DNA of 36,646 nt, taken from Eubacteriales bacterium (lineage in GTDB: Bacteria > Bacillota > Clostridia > Oscillospirales > CAG-272). Both the position numbers and the translations under genes were made by a program. Below, one piece after another: positions 25,540 through 33,998 of this stretch. The stretch spans positions 1 to 36,646 of the forward strand of contig JAZQWX010000075.1 of assembly GCA_045632565.1 (NCBI GenBank). The letters run 5' to 3'. The notes under the pieces were generated by a model that searched no databases, was not told where the DNA came from, and saw only the letters and a program-made list of their open reading frames with translations. Each line of letters begins with the position of its first letter. Position 1 is the first letter of the stretch.

Positions 25540-27657
25540 ATGCTTCCCGAGATCAAGGATATAAAATCTCTTCCCTTTTTTACGCCGACGCGCTGGCAGA
25601 CCGTGATCCTGCGCAACTACGGGCTGATCCCCACAGAGCGCATTGCCGCCGTTTTGCAAACGGACGGCCGAACCGTAGAAAGAGAGGCCGCGCGCCTTGG
25701 CCTTGAGGGCATGGTGTATGACGGGGCGTGGCAAAAGAACGGCTACGTAACGCTGATCAAGAACAACTGGCACCTTTTGCCCTATGACCAACTGCTGTCC
25801 TTGCTGGATATGGATGAAGCCACACTCCTGTACAGTCTGAAGGAGGACGATTTTCTCCTTGTCAAGCTGGGATATTTCAAGGCGAAGGCTGAGCCTGTTT
25901 TATACGCGCCGCTGACAGCGGAGGAGGAAGCGGAAACCGAGCGGCTTGGGCGCATCATCCGAAGATGGCGTCTGCCGCAATACACCAAGCCATTTCTGTT
26001 TTATAATAAGGAAGATTTTGTTGCCGCAGGAGAGCCGTACAAGAAAAGTGACTTTGAAAAGATCGTGTACAGCTATTCCATGTTGTATGGCGACACATTC
26101 CTTGACGGCGGTGATGTTCTGCCGGACGGTCTGCTCCGCGGCCTTGCCGCGTGCGGCGTGAATGGCATCTGGATGCAGGGGGTTCTTTCTTCCCTTTCTC
26201 CCTACCCATTCGCAAAGGGAGTAGATAAGGGGTATGAGCTGCGCCGCAAAAATCTTGCCGCCATGATTGAAAAATGCAAGGCCTTCGGCATTGGCATTTA
26301 TCTGTATTTCAACGAGCCGCGCGGCCTACGCGACGATCAGTTTACCGCACTGACCGAGCCTCTGCGCGGGCGGTATGCCGAGGGAACGTGGAGCCTTTGC
26401 ACCACAAAAAAAGAGGTGCAGGATTACCTGTACGGCGCGGTGCGCGACCTACTGGAGGCAGTACCGGAGCTTGCCGGCATTATCACCATCACCATGTCGG
26501 AGAACACGACCAACTGCCATTGTCGCCCGGGCAACACCTGCCCGCATTGCCGCCACCTTCCCCATGCAGATGTGATACCCGAGGTAAACAACATCATGTA
26601 CCGCGCGGTACGGGACAGCGGCGCGCGCACAAAGCTTCTTGCCAATCTTTGGTCCTGGACAGCACCTTACGGCTGGAGCGAGGAGGATATCTGTGAAGGG
26701 ATCCGTCGCATGGATCCCGCAATCGATATTCTTTCTGTCAGCGAGATGGGGGGCATTTTGACGGATGCGGGGCGCGAGGAGATACGGGAATACGCAATCA
26801 GCCGACCGGGACCCTCCGAGGAAACAAAGGCAGCCTTTGCGGCCGCGCGGGAAAACGGACACAGAACGCTGGCAAAAGTACAGATCAACAACAGCTGGGA
26901 ATTTGCCGTTGTGCCGTACATCCCGGTCTTTGACCTGATCCTTACCCACCTTTCCAACCTAAAAAGGGAGGATATCGGCGGCCTGATGCTTTCCTGGACG
27001 GTGGGGGGATACCCGACGCCGGCCTTAGATCTTGCTTGCCGCTTCTTTGAGGACGGCTTTGACTACAATGCTTGGCTTGTCCGGCATTTTGGAGAGAATG
27101 CCGAGGCTGTGAAAACGGCATCTTCCCTATTCTCTGCGGGATTTGCGCATTATCCGCATACCATGGATACCCTGTACAAGGGCGCGCAGGAGCTTGGCCC
27201 TGCGAATTTCCTGTATCCTGAAAAAACGGGCTACCCCGCCACCATGGTCACCTTCCCGTATGACGATTATGAGAGCTGGCGCGGCGAATATACGGAAGAT
27301 GAATTCCTTGCCGCGCTGGATGCCCTGCTTGCCGATTGGGAGCGCGGGCTTGCCATTCTGGAGGGCAAGAACGGGAACGAAGCCTTCACTGAGCTTTGCC
27401 GCTACGCCGAGGTGGTGTACGTGAACATGAAAAGCATGCGCAATCAGTTCCTTTATTATCTGGCGCGTGACGGAAAGAAAGAAGCGGATGTTCATGCACT
27501 GCTTTTGGAGGAGGAGGCACTGACGCGCCGCCTTTACACCGCGGCCGCGGAGGATGCGCGGATCGGGTACGAAGCAAGCTGTCATTACTATTTTACCGAA
27601 AATACCTTCCTTGAAAAGATGCTGAATCTGGCAGAATTGAAGGAAAAATACCAATAA
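25540..27657 (+). CDS. Uncharacterised 705-aa protein, TIM-barrel glycosidase-like
   Basis: ATG 25540 behind AAAGGGG (the track start 25534 is TTG). There is an internal N-terminal ~45-aa duplication. A YLYFNEP motif (26311-26319) and a CHCx5CxxC cluster (26515-26550) are reminiscent of clan GH-A / GH42-type barrels. I recognise no confident family. Confidence 0.7.
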   Translation: MLPEIKDIKSLPFFTPTRWQTVILRNYGLIPTERIAAVLQTDGRTVEREAARLGLEGMVYDGAWQKNGYVTLIKNNWHLLPYDQLLSLLDMDEATLLYSLKEDDFLLVKLGYFKAKAEPVLYAPLTAEEEAETERLGRIIRRWRLPQYTKPFLFYNKEDFVAAGEPYKKSDFEKIVYSYSMLYGDTFLDGGDVLPDGLLRGLAACGVNGIWMQGVLSSLSPYPFAKGVDKGYELRRKNLAAMIEKCKAFGIGIYLYFNEPRGLRDDQFTALTEPLRGRYAEGTWSLCTTKKEVQDYLYGAVRDLLEAVPELAGIITITMSENTTNCHCRPGNTCPHCRHLPHADVIPEVNNIMYRAVRDSGARTKLLANLWSWTAPYGWSEEDICEGIRRMDPAIDILSVSEMGGILTDAGREEIREYAISRPGPSEETKAAFAAARENGHRTLAKVQINNSWEFAVVPYIPVFDLILTHLSNLKREDIGGLMLSWTVGGYPTPALDLACRFFEDGFDYNAWLVRHFGENAEAVKTASSLFSAGFAHYPHTMDTLYKGAQELGPANFLYPEKTGYPATMVTFPYDDYESWRGEYTEDEFLAALDALLADWERGLAILEGKNGNEAFTELCRYAEVVYVNMKSMRNQFLYYLARDGKKEADVHALLLEEEALTRRLYTAAAEDARIGYEASCHYYFTENTFLEKMLNLAELKEKYQ

Positions 27658-27689
27658 AAAAAGACCCGCCTGCGGGCGGTTCTTTTTTT
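27656..27689. terminator. Bidirectional terminator between convergent genes
   Basis: GC hairpin CCGCC-tgcg-GGCGG with extended A/T pairing, flanked by an A-run (27656-27662) and T7 (27683-27689). Confidence 0.7.
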
Positions 27690-28482
27690 ACGGGGTTTGC
27701 AGATATTCGCGCGGGGTCTTGCCAATCTCTCTTTTGAAGATGCGGGCAAAGTTGGAGGGCTCAAGCCCCACCTGCTCGGCGACCTCCGAGATCGAATAGC
27801 CGTATTCCCTCATCAAAACGCAAGCCTTGTTGATACGGAGCTGATTGAGATAGGCATGCGGTGAGCGTCCCGTATGCTTTTTGAAAAGGAGCGAGAAATA
27901 GCTACGCTCCAGCCCCACCTCGGCGGCGAGCTGTTCAACGGTCAAGGGCTTTTGATAATCGACCTCCATCATACCGATCGCGCGATGGATCAAATGCGCG
28001 CCACCGCTACGGGCTTTTCCCTCCAGCAATGCGCCGAGAACCTTATAGATGGCGGCAGTACGGTGGTAATCTGCCCCCATACTGTCATCATTCTTCCAGC
28101 GGAGCATTTCTTCAAGCTGCGTTCGGACGCGGTCGAAGACCTCGGGGGGTGCAAAGGGATTTTCGGTGGTAATGCCCGCCTCCGCCAAAGCACGGCCGAC
28201 CTGCAGGCCGTCTACGGTGCACCAAACACCGCGGCGCGGCTCTTTTTCACCCGAAAGATGCGTGATCACATCGTTTGGCATGAGAAAATAGCAATCCCCT
28301 GCCCGCACGGTGTATTGCTTGCCGTTGATGATCACGCCGCCCTCACCGCCCGTGCAGCACTCGATGACATAAACGTCACGAATGACAGGGCCGTAATGCG
28401 AGCCGGGGATCAAATGTTCATCCCTGCCACAGTAATACAAGGTAGGCTCTTCCCTGCGAAAATCAATCTTCTCGTAGAACAT
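27688..28482 (-). CDS. AraC family transcriptional regulator (cupin plus HTH)
   Basis: C-terminal AraC HTH (...ERSYFSLLFKKHTGRSPHAYLNQLRINKACVLM...GYSISEVAEQVGLEPSNFARIFKREIGKTPREY). The start is set at ATG 28482 behind GGAGAG. Confidence 0.9.
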   Translation of the reverse strand: MFYEKIDFRREEPTLYYCGRDEHLIPGSHYGPVIRDVYVIECCTGGEGGVIINGKQYTVRAGDCYFLMPNDVITHLSGEKEPRRGVWCTVDGLQVGRALAEAGITTENPFAPPEVFDRVRTQLEEMLRWKNDDSMGADYHRTAAIYKVLGALLEGKARSGGAHLIHRAIGMMEVDYQKPLTVEQLAAEVGLERSYFSLLFKKHTGRSPHAYLNQLRINKACVLMREYGYSISEVAEQVGLEPSNFARIFKREIGKTPREYLQTP

Positions 28483-28627
28483 AGCGCTCTCCAAAACAAC
28501 AAAATGACGATTTTATCAAACAAAACCGTATTGAAAAACGAGTTGCCCGAATGGTATAATGAGAACAGAAATACCCGATTCCATTATATCACAAAAAAAC
28601 ATTTTTTCAAGCGAAGGAGTCTTTTTT

Positions 28628-29647
28628 ATGGAAAAACTCATTGTTGGCGTTATTGGCGTGCAGATGGGCTGGACGCATCTTAAGGGCCTGCAGAAGTACG
28701 GCGCAGAGATCGGCGCGATCTGCGACTGCATCGAAGAAAGACTGAACAAGGTGGGCGATGAATTCAACATCCCCGCAGAAAAGCGTTATCTCAACTGGCA
28801 TGACGTTGCCAACAATCCCGAGATCAACGTGGTTCTCGTCGTCACCCCCGATCAGCTTCACCGCGAAATGGTGGAGGAATTCCTTGCAAAGGGCAAGCAC
28901 GTGATGTGCGAGAAGCCCCTGGCGCTGACGCGTGAGGATCTTTCTGCGATCATCGCGGCCGAGAAAAAAGCAAAAACGCGCTTTATGGTCGGGCAGATCT
29001 GCCGTTTCACCCCGTCCTTTGTCAAGGCGAAGGAGCTGGTGGAGTCGGGTGCGATCGGCGAACTGTACTTTGTAGAGTCCGAATACGCACACGATTACAT
29101 GGAGATCATGAAGGACCCCAACGGCGCTTGGCGTCTTGACCCCCGCCGCCACGGCATGATCGGCGGTGGCTGTCACGCGGTTGACCTGCTCCGCTGGATC
29201 GCGGGCGACCCGATCGAGGTGTTCGGCTACGGCTCTCACAAGCTGCTGCCGATGGTCGAATACGACGATGCGGCCGTGGCCGTTATCAAGTTCCCCGATG
29301 GTGTGATCGGCAAGGTCTTTGCTTCCACAGGCTGCAAGCGCGGTTATACCATGCGTACCTGCCTGTACGGCACGAAGGGTACGATCATCTGCGACAACAC
29401 CTCCGATCACCTGGAGATCTTCCACGTTGACGAAAATGACAAGGTGATCAAGCCTGCCGAGATCATCCCTATTGAGGTGAATAACCACAATGCGGAAAAG
29501 GAATTTGCCACCTTTGCTGACGCGATCGAAAATAACAAGCCGATCGTGATGACCGCTACGGAGGGTGCGAAGACCGTAGCTACCTGCATGGCGATCGTGG
29601 AGTCTACCAAGACCGGCGTTCCCACCAAACCTGATTACAACTTCTGA
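28628..29647 (+). CDS. Gfo/Idh/MocA family NAD(P)-dependent oxidoreductase
   Basis: Start ATG 28628 behind AAGGAG. Rossmann N-terminus (KLIVGVIGVQMGW...), an EKP motif (HVMCEKPLAL) and a C-terminal alpha/beta domain. Confidence 0.9.
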   Translation: MEKLIVGVIGVQMGWTHLKGLQKYGAEIGAICDCIEERLNKVGDEFNIPAEKRYLNWHDVANNPEINVVLVVTPDQLHREMVEEFLAKGKHVMCEKPLALTREDLSAIIAAEKKAKTRFMVGQICRFTPSFVKAKELVESGAIGELYFVESEYAHDYMEIMKDPNGAWRLDPRRHGMIGGGCHAVDLLRWIAGDPIEVFGYGSHKLLPMVEYDDAAVAVIKFPDGVIGKVFASTGCKRGYTMRTCLYGTKGTIICDNTSDHLEIFHVDENDKVIKPAEIIPIEVNNHNAEKEFATFADAIENNKPIVMTATEGAKTVATCMAIVESTKTGVPTKPDYNF

Positions 29648-29649
29648 TA

Positions 29650-29681
29650 AAAAATGCCCGACGAATGTCGGGCATTTTTTT
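29650..29681. terminator. Bidirectional terminator between convergent genes
   Basis: Perfect 9-bp stem ATGCCCGAC-gaat-GTCGGGCAT flanked by A5 and T7. Confidence 0.85.
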
Positions 29682-30912
29682 ATTTGGCGCGATAGAAACG
29701 TCGCCAAAGCGGCAGGGCAACGAAGCAGAGGATCGCGCCAAGCGCGGCGACCGCAAGCCAGACGAGCACCGTGGCTTCCCACCCCTTGGCGGCGGCGATA
29801 GCGGCAAAGGCGATATTGGAGAGCGAGGCGCCGACGTAGGTGCAGGAATTGAGCATTCCCGAGAAGGTAGACACGCGATCGTATGGGATAAAGCGGCGCG
29901 GGACGTAGGCGATGAGCATCAGGTTCACGCCGTGCATGCAGCCCACGACGAGCGCCATCAGAAGCATAGAAAGAAGCGCCGAGGACACCGCAAAATTCAA
30001 GACAAAAAGCGCGGCAGACGAGAGTGCGGCAAAAACGAAAGCGGAAGCGGCGCAGGAAAGCTCCTCGCGGAACAGACGCTCGTTCACGAAGGAGAAGAAG
30101 GCAAAGCTGACGACCGAGAAGACGGCAAGAATGACGGTGGAGAGAATGGCCTGCTCCTCGGAGAGTGAAAATGCCTCACACATATAGGAGGGCATCCAGT
30201 TGGTCACACCGTCACGCAGCATTCCCTGGCACAAAATGGCCAGCATGATCAAAAGGATGGGAAGGATGACCGTGGGGGGCAAGGGCTTGCGCTCTTCCCT
30301 TTTTCCCGTAGCGGCAGACATCTGCTCCCGCACGGGTGTATCAAAGAGGCGGCGAGAGAGTAGAAGCCAAAGAAGCAAAATCACACCGCCGCCGCAGGCA
30401 CAGCACAAAATGACCGTGCGCCAATGTAAAAAGGCAAGCAAAAGCGGGCAAGCGAGGTATAGAAAGATCGTACCGAAGGACGAGCCCCAGGAGATGCGTA
30501 CGTTGGCGTAGCCATATTCTTCATCCGTGATATACGTAGACAGCAAGCGGATGATGGGCGGCCACAGAAGCGCGTGGGCAAAGCCGTTGACAGCCCACAC
30601 GGCGGTCATGATCGGCACGGAGGGGGCAAAATACATACCGACGTTGCAGAGCACGGCAGTAAAGAGTCCGAGGGAAACGAGGAGGGTCGGCTTGATGCGG
30701 TCACCAAGCAGGCCGCTGATCAGCTGACCGCCGCCGTAGGCGACCGTGAGGGCGGTGAGGACGATGGCAAGATCGGTTTCCGCAAGGGCCATGTCCGAGC
30801 AGATCTTGACGATCATCACAGCGAAATTGATCCGCATCAGATAACTGCCAAAATAGACGAGCGTCAACATCCACGTGATAGCGCGGGCGCGCGGACGAAG
30901 TTGTTTACGCAT
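29680..30912 (-). CDS. MFS transporter (organophosphate/sugar-phosphate antiporter-like N-terminus)
   Basis: Start ATG 30912 behind AGGAGGAG. 12-TM-like hydrophobicity. ...YFGSYLMRINFAV... resembles the GlpT/UhpC-type signature. Confidence 0.8.
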   Translation of the reverse strand: MRKQLRPRARAITWMLTLVYFGSYLMRINFAVMIVKICSDMALAETDLAIVLTALTVAYGGGQLISGLLGDRIKPTLLVSLGLFTAVLCNVGMYFAPSVPIMTAVWAVNGFAHALLWPPIIRLLSTYITDEEYGYANVRISWGSSFGTIFLYLACPLLLAFLHWRTVILCCACGGGVILLLWLLLSRRLFDTPVREQMSAATGKREERKPLPPTVILPILLIMLAILCQGMLRDGVTNWMPSYMCEAFSLSEEQAILSTVILAVFSVVSFAFFSFVNERLFREELSCAASAFVFAALSSAALFVLNFAVSSALLSMLLMALVVGCMHGVNLMLIAYVPRRFIPYDRVSTFSGMLNSCTYVGASLSNIAFAAIAAAKGWEATVLVWLAVAALGAILCFVALPLWRRFYRAK

Positions 30913-31016
30913 ATGCTGTTCTCCTCCTTTTTGCAAGACAGGTAGAGTATAGCACAGACGGAACGGAAAAGCAAGGCTCAATACAGGAATTTCCGCATAA
31001 AAATGCAAAAAAGCTA

Positions 31017-31045
31017 TTGACAGATGGCTTTTCTTGTGTTACAAT
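31017..31045 (+). promoter_or_regulatory. Sigma-A promoter for the lysine-biosynthesis operon
   Basis: TTGACA (31017-31022), 17 nt, TACAAT (31040-31045) preceded by TGt. Confidence 0.75.
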
Positions 31046-31054
31046 GCATATATA

Positions 31055-31275
31055 ATAAAGAGGTAGAGGCGCACTGCACGAACAGTACCGCACAGAAACG
31101 GCTCCCAAAGCCGTGTGGGAAAGGCGTGGGTGCCGAAGTGGGCGCTGTGGGAAGGCGCTTGCTGGCAGCTCGGAGAATATCCGTTCTGTTGTCGCAGCAA
31201 TGCGGAGGGCTATCAAAAAAATCACGGAAGTGCCATGATTTTAGGAAGATAGCTTTTGCTATCTTTTTTGTTTTT
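31055..31275 (+). promoter_or_regulatory. Lysine riboswitch (L-box) with terminator expression platform
   Basis: Conserved L-box blocks occur in order: AGAGGCGC, CAGTA, GGGAAAGG, TGCCGAAG, GCTGG, CTGTTGTC and GGAGGGCTATC. They are followed by the hairpin AAGATAGC-tttt-GCTATCTT plus a T-run (31246-31275). It lies upstream of dapA. Confidence 0.85.
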
Positions 31276-31305
31276 GAAGTACAAACGCAAGATAGGAGAA
31301 GCATT

Positions 31306-32190
31306 ATGAAAAAGACAGTATTTACCGGTGCGGCTACGGCCATCATCACCCCCCTCGACGAAAACGGGGTGGATTACGAGCAGTTCGGTCGCCTCATCGA
31401 TTGGCAGATCGAAGCGGGCATTGACGCCATCGTGGCCGTCGGCACGACGGGCGAGGGCTCTACCCTTACTGACGAAGAGCACAAGGAGGCCATCCGCTTC
31501 TGTGTGGAGCGTGTAGCGGGCAGAGTTCCCGTGATCGCGGGCACGGGCTCGAACGACGTAGCATACGCCATTCAGCTGACCGAATATGCCTGCGAGGTTG
31601 GCGCGGACGCCATGCTTTTGGTGACCCCCTATTATAACAAGGCAACCCAGAAGGGCATGATTGAGTCCTTCCGTGCGATTGCAGACGCTTCCACCAAGCC
31701 CTGCATTCTGTACAACGTACCCAGCCGCACTGGCTGCAATCTGACCCCTGCTTCCTGCCTGGCGCTGGCGGATCACCCGAACATCGTGGCCATCAAGGAG
31801 GCCTGCGGCAACATTTCCCAGATCGCAGAGCTTGCCGCCCTCGTTGGCGACAAGATGGATATTTATTCGGGCAACGATGACCAGATCGTGCCGATCCTGT
31901 CGCTTGGCGGTAAGGGTGTGATTTCCGTCCTTTCCAACCTGATGCCCGCCGAAACGAGCCGGATGTGCAAGATGTTCTTTGAGGGGGATCTTGCGGGTGC
32001 ACGAAAGCTGCAGCTTGATCTTCTGCCCCTGATCAATTCCCTGTTCTCGGAGGTCAACCCTATCCCCGTGAAGGCGGCAATGGCAGCCATGGGCTATTGC
32101 AAGAATTACGTGCGCCTGCCCTTGACACCGATGGATGCGGACAAGGAAAAGGTCATGCTCTCCTACATGAAGGAACAAAACTTAATCTGA
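31306..32190 (+). CDS. dapA: 4-hydroxy-tetrahydrodipicolinate synthase
   Basis: Start ATG 31306 behind AGGAGA; the track ORF start at 31024 runs through the riboswitch. ...GAATAIITPLDENG...VAVGTTGEGSTLT... and ...AIKEACGN... (active-site Lys). Confidence 0.95.
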   Translation: MKKTVFTGAATAIITPLDENGVDYEQFGRLIDWQIEAGIDAIVAVGTTGEGSTLTDEEHKEAIRFCVERVAGRVPVIAGTGSNDVAYAIQLTEYACEVGADAMLLVTPYYNKATQKGMIESFRAIADASTKPCILYNVPSRTGCNLTPASCLALADHPNIVAIKEACGNISQIAELAALVGDKMDIYSGNDDQIVPILSLGGKGVISVLSNLMPAETSRMCKMFFEGDLAGARKLQLDLLPLINSLFSEVNPIPVKAAMAAMGYCKNYVRLPLTPMDADKEKVMLSYMKEQNLI

Positions 32191-32200
32191 GGATCGTTTC

Positions 32201-32989
32201 ATGAACATTTTACTGAACGGAATTTGCGGCCACATGGGCCGTGAGGTAGAAAAGCTGTGCCGTGAGGGCTATCGCTCCGCGCACCTTGCCTGCGGCGTGG
32301 ACGTAAACGCCCCGGACGGCGGCGAGGTTGCCATTTACACGGGCTTTGACAAGATCCCCTCGGCGGACGGTATAGACTGCATCGTGGACTTTTCCCATCA
32401 TACCTGTACGCCCGCCCTGCTTGCTTATGCAACGGCAAACAATCTGCCCTGCGTGGTGGCCACGACCGGCCACACCGAGGAAGAGATCGCGGCCATCCAC
32501 GCGGCGGCCGAAAGCATTCCCGTCTTTTTCTCGGCCAACATGTCGCTTGGCGTTGCCCTTCTCGTAGAGCTGGCCAAGACGGCGGCGGCCGCCCTGCCCG
32601 AAGCGGAAATTGAGATCATCGAAAAGCACCATGACCGCAAGCTGGATGCACCCAGCGGCACGGCCCTGATGCTGGCAAACGCCATTTGCGAGGTGCGTCC
32701 CGAAGCCTATGCCAAGACCGGCAGAAGCGGTCAGGGCAAGCGCACGCCCGAGGAGATCGGCATTCACGCCATCCGCATGGGCAACATTGTGGGCGAGCAC
32801 GAGGTGATCGTGGGCACGCAAAATCAGACCATCACCCTCAAGCACGAGGCGCACAGCCGCGCCCTGTTTGCCGAGGGAGCTTTGGCGGCAGCGGCATTCC
32901 TTTGCCGCATGACTCCCGGACTTTACGATATGAAGAGCCTGGTTGGCGGAGAGAAAAAGGATACCGCCATGTCTGGTGCACACGCCTAA
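32201..32989 (+). CDS. dapB: 4-hydroxy-tetrahydrodipicolinate reductase
   Basis: ...EIIEKHHDRKLDAPSGTALMLA... signature with an N-terminal Rossmann fold. Confidence 0.93.
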   Translation: MNILLNGICGHMGREVEKLCREGYRSAHLACGVDVNAPDGGEVAIYTGFDKIPSADGIDCIVDFSHHTCTPALLAYATANNLPCVVATTGHTEEEIAAIHAAAESIPVFFSANMSLGVALLVELAKTAAAALPEAEIEIIEKHHDRKLDAPSGTALMLANAICEVRPEAYAKTGRSGQGKRTPEEIGIHAIRMGNIVGEHEVIVGTQNQTITLKHEAHSRALFAEGALAAAAFLCRMTPGLYDMKSLVGGEKKDTAMSGAHA

Positions 32990-33000
32990 GGAGGTAAACC

Positions 33001-33978
33001 ATGAAGATCGGTATTTACGGATACGGTAATCTTGGCCGCGGCGTGGAGCTGGCCGTTCGCGAAAACGCGGACATGGAGCTTGTGGGTGTATTTACCCGCC
33101 GCCCCCCCGAAACGGTAAAGACCGCCACGGGCGCGCCCGTGTTTGCGGCATCTTCCCTGTCGGACTTTGTCGGCAAGATCGACGTTCTGATCCTGTGCGG
33201 CGGCAGCGCGACCGACCTGCCCAAGATGACCCCCGCATTGGCGCGTGATTTTAACGTCATTGACAGCTTCGATACGCACGCCGCGATCCCCGCGCATTTT
33301 GCGGCGACCGATGCGGCGGCAAGCGAGAGCGGACATCTTGCCCTCATCTCCACGGGCTGGGATCCGGGACTGTTCTCGATCGCGCGGCTGTACGCGTTCT
33401 CCGTACTCCCCCACGGCCGTGATTATACCTTCTGGGGTCGCGGCATCAGCCAGGGACATTCGGACGCGATCCGCCGCATCGAGGGCGTTCTTGATGCGCG
33501 GCAGTACACCGTGCCGATTGGCGAGGCGATCGATGCGGTACGCCGCGGTGACATGCCTACCCTGACCACGCGGCAAAAGCACCGCCGCGAATGCTACGTG
33601 GTGGCCGAGGAGGGGGCTGACCTTTCCCGCATTGAACGTGAGATCAAGGAAATGCCCAACTATTTTGCCGACTATGACACGACCGTGACCTTTATTTCGA
33701 TGGATGAGCTGAAAGAAAAGCACAGCGGCATGCCGCACGGCGGCTCTGTCCTTTACAGCGGAAAAACGGGAAAAGACGGCGAGCACGCGCATACCGTGGA
33801 ATTTTCCCTTACCCTTGACTCCAATCCCGAATTTACGGGAAGTGTTTTGGTAGCTTACGCGCGCGCCATCGGCCGTATGAAGGCGCGTGGCGCGGTGGGA
33901 TGTAAGACGGTATTTGATATTGCCCCCGCCGACCTCTCTCCCCTGTCCCCCGAAGAGCTTCGCGCCCACATGCTGTGA
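33001..33978 (+). CDS. ddh: meso-diaminopimelate D-dehydrogenase
   Basis: Full-length similarity to Corynebacterium Ddh: MKIGIYGYGNLGRGVE..., ...STGWDPGLFSI..., ...FWGRGISQGHSDA..., ...GMPHGG... RBS AAGGAGGT. Confidence 0.9.
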   Translation: MKIGIYGYGNLGRGVELAVRENADMELVGVFTRRPPETVKTATGAPVFAASSLSDFVGKIDVLILCGGSATDLPKMTPALARDFNVIDSFDTHAAIPAHFAATDAAASESGHLALISTGWDPGLFSIARLYAFSVLPHGRDYTFWGRGISQGHSDAIRRIEGVLDARQYTVPIGEAIDAVRRGDMPTLTTRQKHRRECYVVAEEGADLSRIEREIKEMPNYFADYDTTVTFISMDELKEKHSGMPHGGSVLYSGKTGKDGEHAHTVEFSLTLDSNPEFTGSVLVAYARAIGRMKARGAVGCKTVFDIAPADLSPLSPEELRAHML

Positions 33979-33998
33979 TCCGAAAGGAGATTTTCCCT

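Noticed and set aside
31024-31305. N-terminal extensions of track ORFs: dapA from 31024, rplK from 24217, the oxidoreductase from 28559, the MFS to 31008, the AKR to 36525, DUF4364 to 10112, the zinc-ribbon gene to 8821, and DUF951 from 20903.
   Set aside because: The extensions run through a riboswitch, promoters, terminator hairpins or neighbouring genes. In each case an internal start with a good SD gives a protein with the expected family N-terminus.
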